A stretch of 64,000 nucleotides of DNA from Candidatus Heimdallarchaeota archaeon (lineage in GTDB: Archaea > Asgardarchaeota > Heimdallarchaeia > Hodarchaeales > Hodarchaeaceae): NCBI GenBank assembly GCA_011364965.1, contig RDOB01000002.1, forward strand, positions 288,001 to 352,000, written 5' to 3'. Position numbers and translations under genes: made by a program. Below the pieces are notes generated by a model that ran no database searches, was not told the origin of the DNA, and was given only the letters and a program-made list of their open reading frames with translations. Below, piece by piece: positions 20,701 through 30,941 of this stretch. The number at the start of each line of letters is the position of its first letter. Position 1 is the first letter of the stretch.

Positions 20701-21238
20701 ATTTTCCCTTTTCGTTTAATATTTTAATACATAAGGAGAAATCATCCGATTCTAGCTCTGAGGAAAGCACTGGAAAGGTTTCGAGTTCAGATATATTTGT
20801 CTTTGAAATTATTCCAGTGATAAATAGGGGTTTTTGATTCAGATATCGTTCTCTGAGTTTTTGAAAATCTTCTATCGATTCACAGGTAAAAATTAATGGG
20901 ATAGGGGGAAATTCCGCTGGATAACTCTCACAAACAACCACATCAATGCCAAGGTCACTTTTATTCATTATATCTAATAGTTCATCAAGTTTTTGACGAC
21001 TTTTCTGCCTTTGATAATAAACTGTTTCATATGGAGTTGAAGAAATTACTATTTGCGCTTTACTTTTTCTTAAAAGTGTTGAATCTTTATCAGGGGGTTG
21101 AAGATCAAATTTATGATGACTATATTTAATAATTGCAGCATTTAGACCTTTTTCTGTAAAATAACTTACAATCCGCAGAACTGTAGTAGTTTTACCTGTA
21201 TTTTTATTTCCTACAATACCAAATAACAATTTTGGCAT
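20693..21238 (-). CDS. mobB: Molybdopterin-guanine dinucleotide biosynthesis protein B
   Basis: GNKNTGKTT, IKYSHHKFD, KDS. Confidence 0.85.
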   Translation of the reverse strand: MPKLLFGIVGNKNTGKTTTVLRIVSYFTEKGLNAAIIKYSHHKFDLQPPDKDSTLLRKSKAQIVISSTPYETVYYQRQKSRQKLDELLDIMNKSDLGIDVVVCESYPAEFPPIPLIFTCESIEDFQKLRERYLNQKPLFITGIISKTNISELETFPVLSSELESDDFSLCIKILNEKGKFK

Positions 21239-21272
21239 CAGTGATCCTCATAGTAAGTTATTCGTATTTCGA

Positions 21273-21641
21273 TCAAAGAATATAGAAGATGAAATAAATT
21301 AACGCCCCAGAGAATGCAATTAAACCTCCGACTGTTCCACCAATTATTCCAAGGAACGCAGCTATTACAATCCAACTAGTAGTTTTGGAGTCGTGAGGTT
21401 TTTGCATAGTAGTGACAATTAGGACTGCAATTCCACATATAATTGTCACCAAACTCCATAAGAAAGATAAATTCACATCTAAGTTGAAAAAGTTCGTTAA
21501 TAGGAAGGCTGGGGGCGTTTGTTGAGTTAGGAGAGCTTGAATTCCTAATAGTATCATGAAAAGGCCCCCAATTGCTACCAATAAAACCCCAATTAGCGAA
21601 CCATATCTATACCACTTTGATTTATATTTTCGTTTTGGCAA
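21273..21641 (-). CDS. Small membrane protein (3-4 TM)
   Basis: Hydrophobic helices with GIIGGTVGGL. Confidence 0.6.
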   Translation of the reverse strand: MPKRKYKSKWYRYGSLIGVLLVAIGGLFMILLGIQALLTQQTPPAFLLTNFFNLDVNLSFLWSLVTIICGIAVLIVTTMQKPHDSKTTSWIVIAAFLGIIGGTVGGLIAFSGALIYFIFYIL

Positions 21642-21770
21642 ATGACTGAACCTCGGTAAGATACCTTGTTAGGTGGTATTTGAATCAATTTAAGAATTTT
21701 TTGACATGAATTTGTAACTATTTAGTTTAAAGTTACTTTCAAAAAAACAGGTATAAGAACAAGTGTTGAT

Positions 21771-22220
21771 ATGAAAATTAATAAACGCGACTCTTGGGAA
21801 AATTATTTTATGCGAATTGCACTGGAAGTAGCCACAAGAAGTACCTGTGATCGTAAACATATAGGAGCTGTCATTGTACGAGACCGAACGATTTTATCAA
21901 CTGGTTATAATGGCAGTATAAGAGGATTAGCGCATTGCGATGAAGAGGGGCATATGATGGAAAATGGACATTGTGTAAGAACAGTTCATGCAGAAGCGAA
22001 TGCACTAGCTCAAGCAGCAAAGAATGGGGTTCGTGTGGAAGCAAGTGAGATATATATAACCACATCTCCATGTTGGACGTGTTTTAAATTACTAGCAAAT
22101 TCTGGAATTACCAAGATTTATTACGGTGAATTTTATCGTGATAACCGCATATTCGATGCAGCTAAGGAAGCAAACATTCAACTAGTGCATTTAAGCATTA
22201 AGGATCTTTGCTCAGATTAA
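21771..22220 (+). CDS. dCMP deaminase (ComEB family)
   Basis: RSTC.R, TGYNG, HAEAN, PCWTC. Confidence 0.92.
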   Translation: MKINKRDSWENYFMRIALEVATRSTCDRKHIGAVIVRDRTILSTGYNGSIRGLAHCDEEGHMMENGHCVRTVHAEANALAQAAKNGVRVEASEIYITTSPCWTCFKLLANSGITKIYYGEFYRDNRIFDAAKEANIQLVHLSIKDLCSD

Positions 22221-22331
22221 TTATTGAAATATTTTTCAAAATAAAAAGAAACCGATGTTAATTTAAGCACTTCTCTCCCCTATAGGAAAAAAAGAGAAGA
22301 AGATTCTGAAAACCGTTATTATATTCTTCCT

Positions 22332-22712
22332 TCATATATTATATCTTTGAAAGAATTGCATACGAGATTTCTTGACTCTTTTTTTTTGTCCCTTCTTCAT
22401 TATCGTTCTACGTTTCGTTGGCTTTAATTTTTGGCTATTCTTTCTGAATGAAAATTTTTTTTGTTTCTTTGGTGAATCAGGTAATTCGGAATAATTTTTG
22501 ATTGGCGTTTTTCTGTTCTTCTTCTCAACAATGATTTCTGAGGATTGAATTTCGGAGTAGGATTTCTCATCTGATTTTGAGGCATACTGCCTTTTTTTCT
22601 TTTCTAAGAGTTTCTTCGTCCGTTCTTTTTCTTCCTCGAAATATTTGGTCGCTATATCAATTTCTGTACGGCCATATTTATTTCTTCTTGAGTGTGCTGT
22701 CATTGTAATCAC
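22332..22712 (-). CDS. Small very basic Lys/Arg-rich hypothetical protein
   Basis: 126-aa open frame, strongly K/R-rich; no family recognised. Confidence 0.55.
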   Translation of the reverse strand: MITMTAHSRRNKYGRTEIDIATKYFEEEKERTKKLLEKKKRQYASKSDEKSYSEIQSSEIIVEKKNRKTPIKNYSELPDSPKKQKKFSFRKNSQKLKPTKRRTIMKKGQKKRVKKSRMQFFQRYNI

Positions 22713-23124
22713 ATGTAACCAAAATCGAGCAAAATTATACTCGATGCCAGTCAGAGAAGCATCACTCGATGCTCTATTCCTGTATGTCTTCGAGGAACTC
22801 GAGGATTGTTTGACTTGTGATAACTATTTGCTTTTGAATCGCTTGGTATCAGATATTTAGTATTACTTGGGTGTACATTGCCCTTTTAATACGATTGTAT
22901 TGAATTCAAAGCCAGATTTTAAGTGTATGTATCCACTTTATCGTATCTCCAAGCTCTTGAAATTGGAATCCCTCAATAAACCAGAGATACTGTTTATTCA
23001 GTATCTCACTTAAATTTTTAAGCCTATCTATTTAGATATCTTAAGAAATAATTAGAATTTTTGAGTAATAATACTAAGCTAATCATTGTTCAAAGGTTAA
23101 AAATACATTATTTATGGGATATAT

Positions 23125-23841
23125 ATGCCTCAAATTAACGTAGTTTTCTTTAATGCGGGAGGTACATTAATTCAATTAAAAAATACAACTATTCCCAAAC
23201 TATATTCGCAAATTTTGTCAAAAATTCTAGGAAAACACATACCAGAAGAAGTAATCTATAGATGTTTTCATGAAGCAGATCAATGGGCGAGGTCTCGGAA
23301 GGTTCTTACATTATTCAATGATTTAGAACAACGAAAATATCAAAATGTTTTTTATAGTCACCTAGGTATCACAAAGAGGAAAGAAATTAATAAAATTGAA
23401 CATCTTGTGGCTCAAGATATTAATTATGACTTTGTCCTTGAAACTAACGCGAAGAAGGTATTAAAACAGCTACAGAAAGAGTATAAAATTGGATTAATAT
23501 CGAATTGGGATGAGAATCTGTTTGATATTCTAGAAGATCTTGCTATTGTGGATATATTTGATTCTATTACAATTTCAGGTGATATTGGCTATAATAAGCC
23601 TAGTCAAGAAATTTTTAAATCCGCTCTTTCAGATTTTCCAGATTCGAAGCCTAATTCAACCATTTATATCGGTGATGATTACTATACGGATATCATCCCC
23701 GCGCAAGCAATGCGTATGCATTCTATCCTTTTTGATAAAGGTCCTACGGGTATGCATGGTCATCCATTTCGCTCCGAGATGAAATGTGCTAAGATAAATA
23801 GTCTTGATCAAGTTTATCATACCATTAGTAATATCTTGTAG
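23125..23841 (+). CDS. HAD-superfamily hydrolase (motif I Asp replaced by Asn)
   Basis: FFNAGGTL, ISNWD, KPS..IF, IGDD..TD. Confidence 0.85.
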   Translation: MPQINVVFFNAGGTLIQLKNTTIPKLYSQILSKILGKHIPEEVIYRCFHEADQWARSRKVLTLFNDLEQRKYQNVFYSHLGITKRKEINKIEHLVAQDINYDFVLETNAKKVLKQLQKEYKIGLISNWDENLFDILEDLAIVDIFDSITISGDIGYNKPSQEIFKSALSDFPDSKPNSTIYIGDDYYTDIIPAQAMRMHSILFDKGPTGMHGHPFRSEMKCAKINSLDQVYHTISNIL

Positions 23842-24010
23842 TTTCCTATGCTTTTTCCTAGTCATCTTTGGACGATTATCGATTTCCATTGAGGAAACAA
23901 AATTTCTATTCATTCTCATTTTAATAGAAATGATTAAAATAATTCCAATTATTTCTAAAATAGGGATCGTTAATTTAATTATTCATAGATTAGATTGAGG
24001 ATGTTCGAAT

Positions 24011-26143
24011 TTGCAAAGAGAATTAATACCTCAGACTGAAATTTTGTACTCCAGTCGAACTGGCCATCTATTTTCCGTGATACGTCTATTTCCTTTTCAT
24101 TCAAACTCTTTATTTGCGTCAAGTTCTTTTGATGGTACTGTTAGGATCTGGAATGATTCGAAGCAAGAAAGAGTTCTATTCTATTTCTCTGAAGCAATAG
24201 AAGGTCTACATATTACTCCCAACGACAAAGAAATCATAGTTATATTGGCAGATTCATCCAAAGCATACATTTATAATCTTGAGTCAGAAAGCTTACTCAC
24301 AATAGGGGAGGATCAACTATTTCGTAATATTATTGGAACTAATCCTAGTAGTACGAAAACAGCATTAGTTACATTTAATGATGAAGTATTGATATACAAC
24401 CATCAAACAAGAAGGATAAGTTCTTCTGTACTTATTGAAAATATATCTGGGGATTCTTTAATTTGGATTAATGATGAGAAATTTTGCGTTCCAAAACGGA
24501 ATGGATCTATTTGTATTGTTGATTTGGATAAAAAAGAATTGAAGAGAGAAATACCGGTTCATGATGGATTGGTCACCTCAATTTGCCTGAATGGTGGGGA
24601 TATTATTACTGTGTCAGAAGATGGAACTGGTAAAGTGCTAGATATTGATTTCAATCCGAAAAAGGGATTTAAGATTGATTTTTTGCCAATTTCTGTTGAT
24701 TATAATGCAAAAGCAAAGCTAATTGCTGTAACTGGGGAAAGAAATTTACTTATCATTAACACTCGAACAGGGGAAATTTTGCAATTAGAGCAAGAATTAT
24801 CAGGTTCCAATGCTATTATTTTAGACGATGCAACAATAATTAAAGGATCTGGGGAGCATGATATCATTTTTATTGATATTAATGGGAATTTGAAAAAAAA
24901 AATTGAGGGAAGGTTTCATACTGCTGAATTTACAGCTTTTTTGGAGGAAAATAAATTAGCAATTGCCTCGGGAGACAACTCAGTCCATCTATTAGATTAT
25001 TGTCATCATCTTGATCAGATACTCCAAACTCATAAAGAAACTGTTTCTGCAATCATTTTTAGTCCTCAATACAATTTATTGATTTCTGGAGCATATGATG
25101 ATAGTTTAATCATTTGGGATATTATAAATAATCGCTTGAGAAAACAAATCGACGGATTACCCTTAATATCTGCATTAACACTTTCACCATCATCAGATAA
25201 GATAGCAGTGGGATGTAGCGGAGACAATACAATACATATTTTTACTATAGAAGGTGAAGAGCTGACTAAATGGGAGGCTCATCGAGATTTCATCTCATAT
25301 CTCATATTTATGAGCGATGAAGTTTTAATTTCAGGTTCAGATGATTCTAATATTAAATTTTGGAAACCTGATGGAAAATTGATAAGTTCAATTCAAGAAA
25401 AGTCTCCAATAAAATCTATTGAAACAACTATTGACTTTGATTATTATATCACTGGACATAAAAATGGGGCTCTTAATATTTATGAAAAAGTATCAAACCG
25501 TAAGGTAGCATATCATCTTGCTTCGTCACAGGTTCAACAAATTAAAATTATTGACAATAAAAGAATCCTCTTTGCTTCTCAGAATATACTTCATCAAATT
25601 GAGTTCGACGGATACCACATCGTTGACATACAAGAGATAGATAGCCATGTAGAGCCGATTCGTGGAATAATGTGGTATGAAAATCCATTTAGAATCATAT
25701 CTGTTTCTCATGCAATAGAGATTCATGAAACTTTATTTAAGACTAAAGACATTTCTATACCCTTAATAGATGAAGAAGACTCAGGAATGGTAATTTATGC
25801 TCCAGAGGATTTCGAGGAAACTTCTGATCAAATATTAAAACCGGAAAGTTCCGACTCAAAAGTAATAAGGGCCGAAATCGATGAAAAGAATCTAGGGAAT
25901 GTCCTAGATTATCTTGATACTATATCGAAACAATTTAATGATTTGATCATCCCAAAATTGCAAATTTATGGGATAGAATTCAATCTTTTCAATGAATCAT
26001 TAGATCAGATACGTATAAAGATACAAAATCTCATCAAAGATAGACAGGCTATAAAGCAAGAGAGTGATAAGAATTTGAACGTGAGGGAAACCACTGAAGA
26101 TTGGAAAAGCATCGATTGGGGAGGAAAAAAACATAATGAATAA
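24011..26143 (+). CDS. WD40-repeat protein with acidic linker and C-terminal helical tail
   Basis: SSSFDGTVRIW, SGAYDDSLIIWD, SGSDDSNIKFW repeats over ~570 aa. Confidence 0.88.
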   Translation: MQRELIPQTEILYSSRTGHLFSVIRLFPFHSNSLFASSSFDGTVRIWNDSKQERVLFYFSEAIEGLHITPNDKEIIVILADSSKAYIYNLESESLLTIGEDQLFRNIIGTNPSSTKTALVTFNDEVLIYNHQTRRISSSVLIENISGDSLIWINDEKFCVPKRNGSICIVDLDKKELKREIPVHDGLVTSICLNGGDIITVSEDGTGKVLDIDFNPKKGFKIDFLPISVDYNAKAKLIAVTGERNLLIINTRTGEILQLEQELSGSNAIILDDATIIKGSGEHDIIFIDINGNLKKKIEGRFHTAEFTAFLEENKLAIASGDNSVHLLDYCHHLDQILQTHKETVSAIIFSPQYNLLISGAYDDSLIIWDIINNRLRKQIDGLPLISALTLSPSSDKIAVGCSGDNTIHIFTIEGEELTKWEAHRDFISYLIFMSDEVLISGSDDSNIKFWKPDGKLISSIQEKSPIKSIETTIDFDYYITGHKNGALNIYEKVSNRKVAYHLASSQVQQIKIIDNKRILFASQNILHQIEFDGYHIVDIQEIDSHVEPIRGIMWYENPFRIISVSHAIEIHETLFKTKDISIPLIDEEDSGMVIYAPEDFEETSDQILKPESSDSKVIRAEIDEKNLGNVLDYLDTISKQFNDLIIPKLQIYGIEFNLFNESLDQIRIKIQNLIKDRQAIKQESDKNLNVRETTEDWKSIDWGGKKHNE

Positions 26144-26217
26144 ATCATCCATTTTTGAAAAAAAAGATACTTTTATCAAAGCTACTTAATGAACTGACTG
26201 ATAGCGAGGTTAAAAAA

Positions 26218-27330
26218 ATGAATGGAAATCAAAAAATTGCTGATATAAATCAAAAATCCCCAAGCTTTTTATTAAAAGTTAAAGAACACATGCTTGAAAC
26301 TCTCAAGATCATGTACAATAGTATGAGATATCCAGAATTCAAGTTTACAAGATCAGGATTAATCATTTCAATTATCTTAATAATTGCTTCGGCATTAATA
26401 TTTCTAATTCCTCTTATAATAGGAGAAATCAAATTCTTAACCTTTAGTATTCCAGCTAACCTTCTTGGAATACCTATAAGTCTACTAGTTGCATTTTTGG
26501 TTATATATTTATGGTTCTTACTCGGATTGAAGGTAACTCCGATTATTGCTCACCTCCTAGTTGATAATAAAGTATTAACCTTATTGTTTACTAAAGGAAA
26601 TGTCCATTATGTGGAATATGTTCCGTTAGAGAAGCGAAAAATTGCTTTTCCACATATTCTAAACAAATATATTGCTCTGATAGTAGCTTGGGTTTCTGTT
26701 TCAGCATTTTTACTTAATCTTTTAGCAGGTTTCGTAGCTGGAGGAGATCCTCGACTTCTTGTGAGTCCAGGTGAAAATATCTTCTTCTTTATATTGAGAA
26801 CCGTTGTTTTATTTGTGTTTGTACCAATTATCTTCACAGGTTTATATCCAATCGGTTGGATGCTTATCGATGCGAAATTAAAGGCTTATAATAGTGTAAC
26901 CCAACTAAATTGGTTGATTGGAAAAAAGGTGCTTAACATTACAGCTGGTATTATAACCATTGGATCCGTTCTGGCCTTGGGAGCTAGTGTAATTGAGTAT
27001 TTTGCCGTGAGGGCTCAATTAATTGTAGATCTTCTTCTATTCTGTGTTGTTAATATTTCATTAATAGTTTCACTAGTTACTGTTTTTTATAATATGTTCT
27101 TTCAGGGAAAGTTTTACCAAAACATAATAGATTCGTTGAATGTGGGATATGGTATCACCTCCGTTACTTTAGTAGATGCAGAAGGACTACCCATTCACAA
27201 TAAAGAAGAAGAGGAAACACTTGTTGAAAAACCTCTTGAAGAAGTTAAGAAAGAATCGATGCATGAAATAAGTTCTGATAATGTAACAGAGGTTTCACGG
27301 TTAAAAGAGGATCATGAAGAGATAGAATAA
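26218..27330 (+). CDS. Hypothetical multi-pass membrane protein with acidic tail
   Basis: About 6 TM helices; start set at ATG 26218 after GAGGT. Confidence 0.65.
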   Translation: MNGNQKIADINQKSPSFLLKVKEHMLETLKIMYNSMRYPEFKFTRSGLIISIILIIASALIFLIPLIIGEIKFLTFSIPANLLGIPISLLVAFLVIYLWFLLGLKVTPIIAHLLVDNKVLTLLFTKGNVHYVEYVPLEKRKIAFPHILNKYIALIVAWVSVSAFLLNLLAGFVAGGDPRLLVSPGENIFFFILRTVVLFVFVPIIFTGLYPIGWMLIDAKLKAYNSVTQLNWLIGKKVLNITAGIITIGSVLALGASVIEYFAVRAQLIVDLLLFCVVNISLIVSLVTVFYNMFFQGKFYQNIIDSLNVGYGITSVTLVDAEGLPIHNKEEEETLVEKPLEEVKKESMHEISSDNVTEVSRLKEDHEEIE

Positions 27331-27436
27331 TTTCTATCAAAGTTTTTATTTCACCCTCATTGGAACAGTTGGAACTTCTTAAGTTCAATCATCATTATCG
27401 GATTTTAGAGTAAATGCAGGAAAGAGTAGAAAAATA

Positions 27437-28954
27437 ATGGATTTCGCTTCAGTTTTAAATTACTATTGCAGGAAGATAGGTACATGGTTTTTAGGGGTAA
27501 TCCCTATTTTATTGACAATATTGTTATTTTTGGTTATGTTTACTCAATATCCCACAAGTGCAACGGATAGTGATTATCTTTCTCAATCCTTAAATGACCC
27601 AATTCATTTCTTAATTGTTTTTTTATACATTACACTAATTATAGCGGCAATTCCATTTTCTTTGAACGGTTTCTTCATGGAAACAGCGTTCAATAAAGAA
27701 GTTAAGAGAATAACCAAGACTGGATTACTCATAAGAAGAGGAGTAGAAGGTTTTTCAGAGGTTGAGTCTTCAATTAAGCTTCTTTATCGGGGATCTTATT
27801 CAGTAATCGCAACTGTCATAATAAGTTTTTTAGTATTCTTGTCCGCCTTAATTCTACAAGAGTATGCTAATGATGCGATACTTTTCCATTCTACTAAACT
27901 ATTTATCTTTACTGCAAGTATTGGATTGTTAGCTATATCTTCAGGAGCTTCTATATTATTGAAACTTCCAGATAAATCTGCGTTACAACCCGGAGGATTA
28001 ATGCGATATTATTCCCCCAAAAGTCTCGCGCTGCGTCTAGATAATATATTATCTGACTCAATTTTTACTCAACTCGACCCAATTACTCGAATAAAAATGG
28101 ATGAATGGGCGAAATCAATATCCGAGAATTTTAATGTTAATTTCATTCCTCACGAAGACAATCAAACAAGACTGGAACGGGCTAGGGAAAAGATATTTTT
28201 GCTAGTCTATTTAAAAGAGTTTATTCCTGAGTTAATGACAGAGGATATCTTTAAGAATGAAATCGGAGAGATATTTGCTCCCAATTATATGAACATATTC
28301 ATAGAAGGAAAAGATTCTGGAATTTCATTACAAGTTCTTTCAACGATTATTAGAGATGTTGAAAAAGAAATCCCCCAAATTTTTGAACTTGTTCAAAGGA
28401 TTTTTGTATTAGTTAAAGATAATCTGAGCTACCTGAGAACCAAAGAGGAGATTATAACGATTTGCCATCCAACACATCATATTGGTAATATTGATCCCTT
28501 CCGCATAATAATCTTTATTCTAAATTTAAAAAAGGAAGTAAGAAAGGTTTTGATACAAGCACAAACTTCAATGAGTTCTTTAGATCCAGATGACGCCTCT
28601 CAATCCCTTTTACTAGATACAGGTGATCTGTTTATTCCCAGAACTGAGAATGAGATAAAATTTTCATCATCTGAAGACCCAGTTGATATTATTCGTCTTG
28701 TAAGTTCTATTTTGCAAATTGGAGATGCTTTAGCTCTACAATTTCGTCCTAATAGGTTTGGAACTCATGTTCTAAATATTTCAATTGGAAATGAGGAAAT
28801 TGGTATAATTACGGGAAAATCTGTCGTGATCGATGTCCATCGTGACATTCAATTTTATGTAAAAACATTTGGAGCAAAAGCTCTTGGTTATATCGGAGCT
28901 GCCCTTTCTTTCATTGGAATTGGTTTAGGTTCATTTGTTGGCCTGTTTGGCTAA
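27437..28954 (+). CDS. Hypothetical membrane protein (4 TM + soluble domain + C-terminal TM)
   Basis: Hydropathy pattern; beta-rich C-terminal soluble segment. Confidence 0.65.
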   Translation: MDFASVLNYYCRKIGTWFLGVIPILLTILLFLVMFTQYPTSATDSDYLSQSLNDPIHFLIVFLYITLIIAAIPFSLNGFFMETAFNKEVKRITKTGLLIRRGVEGFSEVESSIKLLYRGSYSVIATVIISFLVFLSALILQEYANDAILFHSTKLFIFTASIGLLAISSGASILLKLPDKSALQPGGLMRYYSPKSLALRLDNILSDSIFTQLDPITRIKMDEWAKSISENFNVNFIPHEDNQTRLERAREKIFLLVYLKEFIPELMTEDIFKNEIGEIFAPNYMNIFIEGKDSGISLQVLSTIIRDVEKEIPQIFELVQRIFVLVKDNLSYLRTKEEIITICHPTHHIGNIDPFRIIIFILNLKKEVRKVLIQAQTSMSSLDPDDASQSLLLDTGDLFIPRTENEIKFSSSEDPVDIIRLVSSILQIGDALALQFRPNRFGTHVLNISIGNEEIGIITGKSVVIDVHRDIQFYVKTFGAKALGYIGAALSFIGIGLGSFVGLFG

Positions 28955-28974
28955 ATAAAACAGAGAAATGCAAC

Positions 28975-30300
28975 TTGAAGGTTCATAAATCAACAGTTCC
29001 CTTTAAAATCTTATTCCTATTTGTTTTATTACTCATAAATGGGGTCGGAGCCACCTTACCTATTCCTAATTTAACTGTCCTAGCTCAATATTATAATTTT
29101 CAATATTTTGGATTCATAGAGGCAATTTTTATACTTATATTGACAAGTACGCAATTATTATGGGGTTTCTTAATAGATACACTAGAAAGAAAAAGATTGA
29201 TGAATGTAGCGAACACTATTTGGGTATTGACATCTATTTTAATCTTTTTTTTCCCTGAATATTTCTATTTTTATCTCATTAATCGTTTAATAATGGCTTT
29301 GGGGCTCTCTGCTTTTTTGCCTCTAGCATATTCTGCTATAGCTGATTTTACGGAATATAATAATCGTGGAATAGTCGCTTCGTTACTAAATATTGCTTGG
29401 GTTGGATCTAGCGCCTTAGGAATTTTGATTGGAGGATTTTTCTCTAATTCTTGGCCTTTATCATTTGGACTTGTTGCTTTATTAGGTATTTTTGTTGGTT
29501 TCTGGAGTTATTTTGTGTCTTTTCCTGAAAGAGGTAAAAAAGAACCAATTTTTCAATCCTTACCACATTATAATTACCCTTGGAGGATTCAAACTAAGGA
29601 ATATATGTTAATCCTGAAATCTAAAACAAATTTTTGGTTGCTTGTTCAAGGAATCTTCGCATTAATTCCAGGATCTTTTTTTACATACTGGATGGTTTCT
29701 TTTTTAAACTCTAATCAAGGATTCTACTTTGATATTACTCTTGCTAGTTTATTAGCCATTGTTATCGCAAGTGGGAGGGTATTCGGATATCCTACATTTG
29801 GAAAATTGGGAGATTTCTTAACCAGAAAAAGGAAATCGCCTCATAATCGTGTATTCATTGCTACTTTATGCATGATTTTTCAAGCTATATTTTTTTTCAT
29901 TGCCTTTACTATCCCAGGAAGTTCATATGCCTCGTTCTTCGCATTTTCTTTTTTTTTCTGGATTGGAAGTTTTATAGGGGGGGGTTCTGGCCCCAATCGA
30001 ACTTCAATATTATTTGAGGTAACCCTCCCCGAACATAGAGGTACTGTAGGTTCTTTATTTTCGTTTGTTGATCAAATCGGAATTTCAATAGGTTTATTTT
30101 TATCAACTTTGTGGATTCCTTACTTTGGGTATAGAGTAATGTTCGTTTTTGGTTTAATATTTTATTTATTTGCTGCTTTTTCTTGGTTTATTACCATTAT
30201 TCCTTTGAGTAAGGATAAAGAAAAAATGAATAAAGTTTTAGAGTCTCGTAAAGCTGAAATTCAGGATGAAGAAATCGTAAATGGTTCGATTGGTTATTAG
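28975..30300 (+). CDS. MFS transporter
   Basis: About 12 TM helices, WGFLIDTLERK motif A variant, PEHRGT. Confidence 0.88.
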   Translation: MKVHKSTVPFKILFLFVLLLINGVGATLPIPNLTVLAQYYNFQYFGFIEAIFILILTSTQLLWGFLIDTLERKRLMNVANTIWVLTSILIFFFPEYFYFYLINRLIMALGLSAFLPLAYSAIADFTEYNNRGIVASLLNIAWVGSSALGILIGGFFSNSWPLSFGLVALLGIFVGFWSYFVSFPERGKKEPIFQSLPHYNYPWRIQTKEYMLILKSKTNFWLLVQGIFALIPGSFFTYWMVSFLNSNQGFYFDITLASLLAIVIASGRVFGYPTFGKLGDFLTRKRKSPHNRVFIATLCMIFQAIFFFIAFTIPGSSYASFFAFSFFFWIGSFIGGGSGPNRTSILFEVTLPEHRGTVGSLFSFVDQIGISIGLFLSTLWIPYFGYRVMFVFGLIFYLFAAFSWFITIIPLSKDKEKMNKVLESRKAEIQDEEIVNGSIGY

Positions 30301-30318
30301 CAGCTTTTTCTTTATTTT

Positions 30319-30752
30319 CTAGCATATTTTCTGTGAATAGATTTGACTATGATATTTGACAGCCCAAATTATAGGTTGCTTCTGCATCGCGTCACCCAGT
30401 TTTATCATATCTGCTATATCTAAATCAATAACTTGAGTAGGACTGTGACTGATTGTATAATGAATTCTGCTAGATTCTAGTTTAATGTGCTTTTTTGAAT
30501 CTGGATGCGCACTATACCATGAAAGTGAACTTGGGTAACGCTTTAATGCATCCTCAATAAGTTCCGCTGGGATAGGAACGCGCGCGCTATCTATCTGGCA
30601 TCTATTTTTATTTAAGATCTCCAGAGCTTAATTTGTGAGAATTTTACACCAGTTGTATCCAATAAACGCAAAATTGCTTCATGACTCTCCTGAACTTGAT
30701 TCTGAGTCATCAAATCAAGAGGAGGATTATTGGTTTTAATTCCAAGGAGCAT
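30319..30752 (-). pseudogene. Frameshifted, truncated trimethylamine methyltransferase (MttB) family remnant
   Basis: Manual translation MLLGIKTNNPPLDLMTQNQVQESHEAILRLLDTTGVKF / frameshift / ALEILNKNRCQIDSARVPIPAELIEDALKRYPSS resembles the MttB N-terminus; AGGCGA RBS before ATG 30752. Confidence 0.72.
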
Positions 30753-30941
30753 TGAATCGCCTTTAAGGAAACAGGATTTAATAGAATTAGTTGGGAATTA
30801 AAATGAGAAAAGTATCTACTGAAAATAATCTTTTCAACATAATTCTGTAAACTAAACATTTTTTAGCAGATTATTTCCAATTCAAATATTATCTCTATAA
30901 TTAAATTTATTAGAATTTAGACATCAAGAGGTGTAAAAAAT

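Noticed and set aside
22724-22805. Mini-CRISPR interpretation of the CTCGA repeats
   Set aside because: Repeats are only 5-9 bp, irregularly spaced, and no cas genes are present
22645-22860. 71-aa plus-strand ORF across the hairpin array
   Set aside because: Overlaps the opposite-strand gene start, no motif; region better explained as non-coding
30319-30752. Pyrrolysine readthrough or programmed frameshift rescuing the MttB gene
   Set aside because: Most of the coding region is missing and the break is a frameshift with TAA, not an in-frame TAG at the active site
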